Source of the DNA: Candidatus Methylomirabilia bacterium
GTDB taxonomy: Bacteria; Methylomirabilota; Methylomirabilia; Rokubacteriales; CSP1-6
DNA: 12,911 nt
Direction of reading: 5' to 3'
Assembly (NCBI GenBank): GCA_041492755.1
Contig: JBGPXN010000131.1
Location: 1-12,911 of the forward strand
Positions 1 through 5,965 of the stretch are shown here, piece by piece (the stretch's first letter is position 1; each line of letters begins with the position of its first letter). Made by a program: the position numbers and the translations under genes. A model generated the notes under the pieces. It ran no database searches, was not told where the DNA came from, and saw only the letters and a program-made list of their open reading frames with translations.

Positions 1-1
1 C

Positions 2-274
2 TCCTGCGGGCACGCCGGTGTCATCAACTCGGTTCGACAAGCTCAGAAATCGACCGGCGTCCAGAAGGTTCACGCCGTGGTCGGCGGCTTCCACCTCGCA
101 CCGGCGCCCGATGAGATTGTCGCCAAAACGGTAGAGGCCTTCAAGACGATCAACCCCGACTACATCATCCCGATGCATTGCACTGGCGTGAACACCATCA
201 TGGCGGTGCACCAGGCGTTACCGAAGAAGCTCGTCATGCCGTCCACGGGAACGCGGGTCATCTTCGGCGTGTAG
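2..274 (+). CDS. MBL-fold metallo-hydrolase (COG1237 / archaeal dihydropteroate-synthase-like family), 3' part; runs off the window's left edge
   Basis: The frame is open from base 2 and reads SCGHAGVINSV...VVGGFHL...IIPMHCTG...PSTGTRVIFGV*. The CxHxG, GGFHL and PxHCTG motifs are typical of this family's C-terminus. Confidence 0.85.
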   Translation, partial: SCGHAGVINSVRQAQKSTGVQKVHAVVGGFHLAPAPDEIVAKTVEAFKTINPDYIIPMHCTGVNTIMAVHQALPKKLVMPSTGTRVIFGV

Positions 275-300
275 GGCGGCCGCGCTCGTGCGGTGCTCGG

Positions 301-558
301 CTAGCGCGACAGGGCGCGAACGAACGCTTGCGGCTCCTCCGGCGTGATCACCCACGGCCGGCCGGCGCCGCGCTCGATCCACACGAATCCGCCCCAGAGC
401 CCCCCGGCTCCGACGCGCATGCACCACCCCACCTGGCGTCGTAGCTCCGGGCTGTCGATCGAACGCACGTCGGAGAGCTCCTCGCGGCGTAGCTGACGGC
501 GCTTGAGCGGCTAGATGATCTCGATCGCGTGGGGATGCACGACGAACCGCGTCGGTCG
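301..558 (-). pseudogene. Remnant of a bacterial PH-domain (bPH-like) protein; 5'-truncated, with an in-frame stop and a probable internal deletion
   Basis: Manual translation (not in the ORF track): RPTRFVVHPHAIEII*PLKRRQLRREELSDVRSIDSPELRRQVGWCMRVGAGGLWGGFVWIERGAGRPWVITPEEPQAFVRALSR*. RxxGxGGLxGxF and ITPxxPxxFVxAL are characteristic of this family. The TAG at 511-513 is one substitution from TGG. Family assigned from recalled motifs. Confidence 0.6.
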
Positions 559-631
559 GATGGCGGTAGGCGGGCTCAGAGCCGCGTGGCTCCGCAAAGT
601 CCATCCACCAGATCTGGCCGCGTCGAATCAC
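557..631 (-). pseudogene. mazF: MazF/PemK-family toxin, N-terminal 25 codons only
   Basis: The GTG start overlaps the antitoxin stop (GTGA, 628-631). MIRRGQIWWMDFAEPRGSEPAYRHP matches the PemK/MazF N-terminus (RGxIWWxD...GSEP..R.P). Similarity ends abruptly after RHP, and the rest of the 137-aa ORF is out-of-frame sequence of another gene. Confidence 0.85.
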
Positions 632-888
632 CGACGCTTCGGCAAGGTCGCCTTGATGACGCCCTTGCTGCGTCTGCGCACGGCGACCGCGGCCGGATCC
701 TCACCGGGCTGACCAGCTTCGGCGATTGCGCGGTTCCAGGCGTCCGTCGGATCATCCGCGCTGCGATGCCGCGCGAGATACTCGCGCGCGGCGCTCGCGA
801 AGAGCCGACTCCGCGAGAGTTTGAGCCGCCGGCAGCACGCCTCAACTTCACGAAAGAGATCATCGGGGATCGAGAGCGCGGTCTTCAT
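628..888 (-). CDS. Ribbon-helix-helix antitoxin, ChpI/MazE-like (CopG family), 86 aa
   Basis: MKTALSIPDDLFREVEACCRRLKLSRSRLFASAAREYLARH is the typical RHH N-terminus (MKTAxSIPDxLF...SRSxLF) of ChpI-like antitoxins. It lies directly upstream of, and overlaps, the mazF stub. Start set at ATG 888 rather than 909. Confidence 0.85.
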   Translation of the reverse strand: MKTALSIPDDLFREVEACCRRLKLSRSRLFASAAREYLARHRSADDPTDAWNRAIAEAGQPGEDPAAVAVRRRSKGVIKATLPKRR

Positions 889-894
889 GCCAAA

Positions 895-912
895 GTAATG
901 ACTGGTCATACC
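895..912 (-). promoter_or_regulatory. Candidate autoregulatory operator of the TA operon (ATGAC-N2-GTCAT inverted repeat)
   Basis: Perfect inverted repeat at 898-902/905-909 in an AT-richer patch about 10-20 nt upstream of the antitoxin ATG. RHH antitoxins typically bind such palindromes over their own promoter. Confidence 0.5.
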
Positions 913-929
913 TCAGCGTGCCTGGCGGA

Positions 930-943
930 AGCCCGATCGGGCT
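930..943. repeat. Perfect 14-bp palindrome AGCCCGATCGGGCT at the GNAT stop codon
   Basis: Self-complementary in sequence. There is no U-tract, so a terminator role is unproven. Confidence 0.35.
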
Positions 944-1482
944 CACCCGCTTCGAGGCTGATCGAGATCGAGGGCCAGGTAGTGATCGTCGATGAAGCGC
1001 CCCTCCCAGCGAAACGCGCGCGGCTCTCGTCCCCATGGCCGAAACCCCATGGTCTCGTACAGTCGCCGTGCGTGGACGGCGGTGTCGGAAACGCTGAGCT
1101 GCACCTGAACCAGTCCCGGCCAATGCTGGGCCTGCTCGATGGCCGCTTCCAGGAGCGCGCGCCCGCTGCCCTTGCTTCGCCCCCGCGGGGCGACGTACAC
1201 GCCCCAGATGGTCGCCTTGTGACGAAGCTTCACCTTCGATTCGCGAATGAGTCCGACCATCCCGGCGAGGTCGGTGCCGTCGGTTCCCAGGAACAGTCCG
1301 AAGACCGCTTGCTCTTGATCGTCGGCAAGGGCCGCTCGAACGAAATCGAGCGAGAGGGCGCGGTCATCCTCGAGGGACGAGGCGAAGGCGAGGGGATCGA
1401 CCTCCAAAGCTTCGCGACGGAGCAAGACGAGGGCTGGCGTGTCGTCCACGCCGAGGCGCCGGACGCTCCACTCCCTGGTCAT
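943..1482 (-). CDS. GNAT-family N-acetyltransferase, 179 aa
   Basis: LRREALEVDPLAF, KLRHKATIWGVYVAPRGRSKGSGRALL (acetyl-CoA motif A), ARRLYETMGF and GREPRAF are present. ATG 1482 overlaps an upstream TGA (ATGA). Confidence 0.9.
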   Translation of the reverse strand: MTREWSVRRLGVDDTPALVLLRREALEVDPLAFASSLEDDRALSLDFVRAALADDQEQAVFGLFLGTDGTDLAGMVGLIRESKVKLRHKATIWGVYVAPRGRSKGSGRALLEAAIEQAQHWPGLVQVQLSVSDTAVHARRLYETMGFRPWGREPRAFRWEGRFIDDHYLALDLDQPRSG

Positions 1483-1548
1483 GTGTGGGGCCGCCCCTGC
1501 GCGAGCCGGGCGCCGGCGAGCACGGTCTTCACGAGGATCCACACGGGG
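1479..1548 (-). pseudogene. Possible C-terminal tail of a small membrane protein (DUF4870/COG3671-like), coupled to the GNAT start
   Basis: Reads PVWILVKTVLAGARLAQGRPHT*, resembling the W...G..RL..GRP ending of this family. Its TGA overlaps the GNAT ATG. Only about 23 codons, so support is weak. Confidence 0.35.
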
Positions 1549-1583
1549 CAACCAGCTCGTCGCGGCGTCATCGGGTCATCAAT

Positions 1584-1703
1584 AGCACGTTCCAGAGCCT
1601 GAATCTCGTCGCCTCGGTCTCGAACGTGAAGATCATGGAGGGCGATCCCGACGCCGTTCCGATCCGTGACGAGCTGTTCACCGCGCTGCCGGAGATCACG
1701 GAC
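1584..1703 (+). pseudogene. Internal/C-terminal fragment of a mandelate racemase-like (enolase superfamily) gene
   Basis: STFQSLNLVASVSNVKIMEGDPDAVPIRDELFTALPEITD has strong GC3 codon bias. It resembles the segment between the HN motif and the P..PGxG tail of MR-subgroup enzymes (.N..I.E.D....RDELFT..P.I.DG). It has no start and no natural end. Confidence 0.55.
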
Positions 1704-1729
1704 CGCCCCCGCGAGGCCGGGCTCGACTC

Positions 1730-2641
1730 TCAGCCGCGATCGAGGACGGGCTTCACCTCTTCCGCGAGGATGTCGATGGTCTCCATGATGGCGGGATAGA
1801 TCGAGTACGAGACTTCCAGCGCGACGTGGCCCACCCCCAGGCGCTGGTACTCGAAGAGCTGCCCCGCGATCTGCTTCATGGTCCCCCGGATCGCGTGCCG
1901 GCCGCGCAGCAGCGTTTCGTCCACCGCCCACTCGTGCACGCCGTCGATCAAGATCGGAATGCGGAGCGACCACTCCGGCGCGCCCTCGCGCCCCGCCTCC
2001 TTCCAGAACCTCGTCACGGCCTGCTTGCCCTGACGGAACGTGTCGGGCGTGGCCGCGGTCGCGTGCCAGCCGTCTCCGAGGCGCGCCACCCGGCGCAGCG
2101 CGCCCTCGCTCATGCCCCCGATCCAGATCGGCGGGCACGGCTTTCGCAGCGGCATCGGCGAGGCCTGCACTCCCGACAGGTGATACCGCGGCGTCTCGAC
2201 CTCCGGCCGCTCCTGCGTCCACAGCGTCCGCATCAGGGTGAGCGCTTCCTCGCTCCGGCTCACGCGCTCCTTGAAGGGCACGCCGAGCGCCGCGAACTCA
2301 CCCTCCATCCAGCCGATGGCCGCGCCCACGATGAGGCGGCCGCCCGACAGCACGTCGACGCTCGCCAGCAGCTTTGCGAGGGGGATCGGCGAGCGGTACG
2401 GCAGGATGACCACGCTGGTGCCGAGGAACACGCGCTCGGTCACGCCCGCCAGCCACGGCAGCATCGCGAGCGGGTCGAGCATGTCCTCCCGGTAGATGAT
2501 GTCGACGTCATGCGGAACGATCACGTGGTCAGTGACCCACACCGAGTCCAGGCCCACCTCCTCCACGCGGCGAACGACCGCGAGCATGCGCTCCACCTCG
2601 ATGGGCCGGCCATAGTGCGGGACGCAGATGCCGAGCTTCAC
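1730..2641 (-). CDS. LLM-class (luciferase-like) oxidoreductase, probably F420-dependent (Rv2161c/TIGR03619-like)
   Basis: DSVWVTDHVIVP, DPLAMLPWLAGVTERVFLGTSVVILPYRSP, DVLSGGRL, GWMEGEF, PPIWIGG and RRVARLGDGW are present. The RBS AAGGAG precedes GTG 2641. Confidence 0.92.
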   Translation of the reverse strand: MKLGICVPHYGRPIEVERMLAVVRRVEEVGLDSVWVTDHVIVPHDVDIIYREDMLDPLAMLPWLAGVTERVFLGTSVVILPYRSPIPLAKLLASVDVLSGGRLIVGAAIGWMEGEFAALGVPFKERVSRSEEALTLMRTLWTQERPEVETPRYHLSGVQASPMPLRKPCPPIWIGGMSEGALRRVARLGDGWHATAATPDTFRQGKQAVTRFWKEAGREGAPEWSLRIPILIDGVHEWAVDETLLRGRHAIRGTMKQIAGQLFEYQRLGVGHVALEVSYSIYPAIMETIDILAEEVKPVLDRG

Positions 2642-2666
2642 GGTGTTCTCCTTGGTTTCCTCTCGG

Positions 2667-2909
2667 TCACTCGATCACGCGATCCGCGCGCAGGAGCAAT
2701 GCTGGGGATACGGTCAGCCCGAGCGCCTTGGCCGTCTTGAGGTTGATGACCAGCTCGAACCGGCTGGCCTGCTCGACCGGACGATCGCCCGGCCTGGCCC
2801 CCTTGAGAATAGTGTCCACGTACGTGGCGGCGCGGCGATAGTTGTCGCTGAAGCTCGCCGAGTAGGACACCAATCCCCCGGCTTCCACGAACTCCCGGGC
2901 TCCATACAT
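2667..2909 (-). pseudogene. C-terminal ~80 codons of an ABC_sub_bind-family (PF04392-like) substrate-binding protein
   Basis: YGAREFVEAGGLVSY...RRAATYVDTILKGARPGDRPVEQASRFELVINLKTAKALGLT...LLLRADRVIE* is the conserved C-terminus of proteins normally about 320 aa long. Upstream sequence is unrelated. Confidence 0.85.
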
Positions 2910-2949
2910 CTGGCGCTCTCGATCCAGAAGGCGCAGCTCTCGGCTCGGA

Positions 2950-3453
2950 CTACGTGCTGCGGCCGTTTGCCTGGCCGGGGCGTCCGTTGCCCCGCGCGCC
3001 GAGCTTGCGGTCGATCCGTTCAAGGATCCGCGTGTGCTGATTCAGGGTCTTCACGATCGACAGCCCGACCGTGCGGATGTCCTTGAAGGCTTTCTGGGTC
3101 GCTGCTTCACGGCGGGCGGAGTCCTGCCGGAAATCGCGCATGAGCTGTTCGAAGCGCTCGTCGGACTGTAGCTTCTCCTGCCGCCGCTCCGCCTCGGACC
3201 GCAGCCTCTCCTGCCGCCGTTCCTCGTCAGCCTGCAGCCTCCCCTGCCGCCACTCCTCGTCGGCCCGCCGTCGCTCCTGGTCGGCCTGGCGTCGCTCCGC
3301 GTCGGCCTGTCGCCGCTCCGCGTCGGACCGGCGCCGCTCCTCGGTGGTCTGCCGGCGATCGGCTCGCATCTCAAGGCGCAGATCGCGCAGCTCTCCCAGG
3401 ATCAATCTGGTGCCTGGATCGAGGTTCTGCCTGCCCTGTCCGTGCGCCGCCAT
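2950..3453 (-). CDS. Hypothetical charged coiled-coil protein with internal tandem repeats, 167 aa
   Basis: ATG 3453 sits 6 nt below a well-spaced promoter. The protein is MAAHGQGRQNLDPGTRLILGELRDLRLEMRAD-(E/R-rich repeats)-FEQLMRDF...LNQHTRILERIDRKL. The longer 340-aa ORF call overlaps the neighbouring gene out of frame. Confidence 0.75.
   Translation of the reverse strand: MAAHGQGRQNLDPGTRLILGELRDLRLEMRADRRQTTEERRRSDAERRQADAERRQADQERRRADEEWRQGRLQADEERRQERLRSEAERRQEKLQSDERFEQLMRDFRQDSARREAATQKAFKDIRTVGLSIVKTLNQHTRILERIDRKLGARGNGRPGQANGRST
3157..3360 (-). repeat. Coding tandem repeats: five degenerate 21-bp units followed by three 33-bp units
   Basis: DRRQTTE/ERRRSDA/ERRQADA/ERRQADQ/ERRRADE, then EWRQGRLQADE/ERRQERLRSEA/ERRQEKLQSDE. 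Confidence 0.8.
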
Positions 3454-3488
3454 GGCCACAAAGTATCGCCCCGTGCGCGGGAGTTCAA
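3454..3488 (-). promoter_or_regulatory. Sigma70-type promoter, probably leaderless, for the coiled-coil gene
   Basis: TTGAAC (3488-3483) - 17 nt - TACTTT (3465-3460) - 6 nt - ATG. No Shine-Dalgarno sequence. Confidence 0.65.
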
Positions 3489-3521
3489 CGTGCGCTCCCG
3501 GATACACTCCACGCTGTCCGC

Positions 3522-5843
3522 TCAGCGCGACCCGATTCCCTCCGCGGCGCGGATCGCTTGCCAGACGGCATACGGCGTCGCCGGCATGGGGACGTCGGTG
3601 ACACCGAGCGGCCCGAGGGCGTCCACGATGGCGCTGACGACCACGGCCGGCGCCGGCGTCGTGCCGCCCTCGCCACCCGCCTTCACGCCCAGCGGGTTGG
3701 TGGGTGACGGTACCTCGTTGAGCAGGGTCGCGAAGGAAGGCACGTCGGCCGCGCGCGGCAACGCATAGTCCATCAGCGAGCCGGTGAGGGTCTGGCCGGT
3801 CGCGCCGTCGACGATGCAGGCCTCGCACAGCGCTTGCCCGACGCCCTGCAGGATGCCGCCGTGCGTCTGGCCCTCGACGATCAACGGGTTGATGGGGCGG
3901 CCGACGTCGTCGACGGCGACGTAGCGCACGAGCGACACGGCGCCGGTCTCCCCATCGACCTCCACCTCGCACACGTGGCAGCCGTTGGGGAACACGGGCT
4001 CGTGCATCTCGTTGTCGCGCACGATCTCGACCGGGCCCGGCAGCTCGAACAGGCCGATGCCGCGGTTCGTGCCCGCGACGGTGAAGTGGCCGTCCGCATA
4101 GGTCATGTCGTCTTCGGCCGCCTCCAGGGCCTTCGCCGCGCGGCGCTTGCCTTCGGCGATCAGATCGTCGGCGGCGAGCGCGATGACCGTGCCCGCCATC
4201 CGCATGGACCGACCGGAGTGCGTGCCGCCCCCGAAGCGCACGACGTCGGTGTCGCCGAACAGGATGTGCACCGCCTCGACGTCGAGATCGAGACGCTCGG
4301 CCGCGACTTGCGCGAAGCTCGTCTCGTGCCCCTGTCCCGCGGACTGGGTGCCGATGGCGACCTCGATGATTCCGTCCGGGCGCACCGTCATCCGCGCCTG
4401 CTCGCGCGGCGCGCCGGTGGAGGACTCCACGTAGTTGGCGAGCCCGCGGCCGAGCAGGGTGCCCCGCGCCCGCGCGCCGGCGCGCCGCGCGTCGAACCCC
4501 GCCCAGTCGGCGAGCCGCATGGCGAGCGCCATGTTCTCGGCGTATCGGCCGCTGTCGTAGGCCATGCCGAACGGGTTGGTGTAGGGCATCTTCGCGTCGT
4601 CGACCAGGTTGCGGCGACGCAGCTCGAGGCGATCGATGCCGGTCTCGACGGCGGCAAGATCGATCAGCCGCTCGATGGCGAAAGTGACCTCGGGGCGGCC
4701 GGACGAGCGATAGGCCTGGGTCGGTGTGGTGTGGGTGAACACCGCGCGCGACCGCACCCGGGCCACGGGCACGTCGTAGCTGCCCGTCACCAGCGCCGAG
4801 CCCTTGGCGAGCGGTGAGAACGAGACGGCGCGCGCGCCGACGTTGGAGACGTTGTCGGCACGCACGGCGAGAAAGCGGCCGTCACGGTCGAGGGCCAGCG
4901 CCACGCGCGTGACCAGGTCGCGGCCCTGGTAGTCGCTCACCAGCGTCTCGGCGCGCGAGGCCGTGTACTTGACGGGGCGGCCGAGCTTCCGCGCGGCCCA
5001 CAGCACGAGTCCATATTCGACGTAGACGCGGTTCTTGGTGCCGAAGTTGCCGCCGACGTCGAGGGAGACCACGCGGAGCCGGTCGGGAGGAACGCCGAGG
5101 ACCTCGGCCAGCTCGCGGCGCTGGCGGAACGCGCCGCCGCTTCCCGCGTGCAGCACGTAGCGGCCGCTCACGACCTCGTAGATGCCGAGCGCGGCGCGCG
5201 GCTCGATCGGCACGCCGGTGACGCGGCCGACGTGGAACTCACGCGTCACCACGTGGGCGGCGTCACGGAAGGCGGTGTCGACGACCGCCTCGTCGCTGCC
5301 GAACGCGGTGTCGACGCACACGTTCGTCGGCACCTCGTCCCACACCGCGGGCGCGAGCCCGTCGGCCGCTTCCGCTGTATCGGCGACGAACGGCAGCGGT
5401 GCCCACGTGACTCGCACGGCATCGGCCGCGTCCTCCGCCTGCGCTCGCGTCTCCGCCACCACCATGGCGACCGCCTCGCCTACGTGGCGCGCCTTGTCGG
5501 CCGGGAGCAGGACGTGCGGGCCGACGAAGATCGCGCCGCCGCCCGGGGCGCGCAGCTTGAGGTCGTAGCGGTTGGAAGGTACCGGACTGTGCGGGATGGC
5601 GCCGAGCCCCTCGTGGGCGAGATCGGCGCCCGTGAATGCTCCCACGACGCCGGGCATCGCGCGCGCCGTTTCGATTTCGATGGCGACGATGTGGGCGTGC
5701 GGGTGAGGGGAGCGCACCATCGCCGCGTAGACTTGGCGCGGCAGCGCGAGGTCGTCGCTGAACCGCCCCTGGCCTCGGAGCAGGCGGTCGTCCTCCTTAC
5801 GCCGGAGGGGCTGGCCGATGGGGCCCGGTCGCGCGCCGGTCAT
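3522..5843 (-). CDS. Xanthine dehydrogenase family molybdopterin-binding large subunit (CoxL/CutL-like, not form I CODH)
   Basis: IGQPLRRKEDDRLLRGQGRFSDD, VRSPHPHA, VGGNFGTK, AYRSSGRPE, GQGHET, FPNGCHVCEVEVD, VEGQTHGG, SLMDY and NPLGVKAGGEGG (catalytic Glu) are present. Start placed at ATG 5843, 7 nt below TACAAT; the ORF track extends to 5879. Confidence 0.93.
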   Translation of the reverse strand: MTGARPGPIGQPLRRKEDDRLLRGQGRFSDDLALPRQVYAAMVRSPHPHAHIVAIEIETARAMPGVVGAFTGADLAHEGLGAIPHSPVPSNRYDLKLRAPGGGAIFVGPHVLLPADKARHVGEAVAMVVAETRAQAEDAADAVRVTWAPLPFVADTAEAADGLAPAVWDEVPTNVCVDTAFGSDEAVVDTAFRDAAHVVTREFHVGRVTGVPIEPRAALGIYEVVSGRYVLHAGSGGAFRQRRELAEVLGVPPDRLRVVSLDVGGNFGTKNRVYVEYGLVLWAARKLGRPVKYTASRAETLVSDYQGRDLVTRVALALDRDGRFLAVRADNVSNVGARAVSFSPLAKGSALVTGSYDVPVARVRSRAVFTHTTPTQAYRSSGRPEVTFAIERLIDLAAVETGIDRLELRRRNLVDDAKMPYTNPFGMAYDSGRYAENMALAMRLADWAGFDARRAGARARGTLLGRGLANYVESSTGAPREQARMTVRPDGIIEVAIGTQSAGQGHETSFAQVAAERLDLDVEAVHILFGDTDVVRFGGGTHSGRSMRMAGTVIALAADDLIAEGKRRAAKALEAAEDDMTYADGHFTVAGTNRGIGLFELPGPVEIVRDNEMHEPVFPNGCHVCEVEVDGETGAVSLVRYVAVDDVGRPINPLIVEGQTHGGILQGVGQALCEACIVDGATGQTLTGSLMDYALPRAADVPSFATLLNEVPSPTNPLGVKAGGEGGTTPAPAVVVSAIVDALGPLGVTDVPMPATPYAVWQAIRAAEGIGSR

Positions 5844-5903
5844 GTCCGGGATTGTAGGGGCCGGGGACATGCCTTGCACCCTTTCCGAGTTTCCGCTTAG
5901 TAT
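5844..5903. promoter_or_regulatory. Candidate back-to-back sigma70 promoters for the molybdoenzyme (-) and ABC operon (+)
   Basis: Minus strand: GTGCAA (5879-5874) - 17 nt - TACAAT (5856-5851) - 7 nt - ATG. Plus strand: TTGCAC (5874-5879) - 18 nt - TAGTAT (5898-5903). Confidence 0.5.
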
Positions 5904-5965
5904 TCGCCGATCTCAGGCTGTTGCTGGCGGTCCGGGTTCGGATCCCTGAACGGAGGGCAATTCCC

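Noticed and set aside
275..300. Hairpin between convergent genes as an intrinsic terminator
   Set aside because: Short imperfect GC stem and no U-tract on either strand.
218..631. 137-aa ORF as a full-length MazF toxin
   Set aside because: Only the first 25 residues match MazF; the rest is an out-of-frame read of the PH-domain remnant and overlaps the MBL gene.
529..1602. 357-aa plus-strand ORF
   Set aside because: Antisense shadow of the GNAT and antitoxin genes with no motifs; long shadow ORFs are expected at this GC content.
2907..2949. Plus-strand HLALSIQKAQLSAR resembling the end of a GAF domain
   Set aside because: Only about 14 codons; too short to distinguish from chance.
3157..3360. 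Tandem repeats as a CRISPR array
   Set aside because: Units are contiguous, degenerate, multiples of 3 and in frame, with no unique spacers and no cas genes.
3522..5879. Aerobic CO dehydrogenase (coxL)
   Set aside because: Lacks the AYxCSFR Cu-binding motif, and there are no coxM/S or accessory genes in the window.
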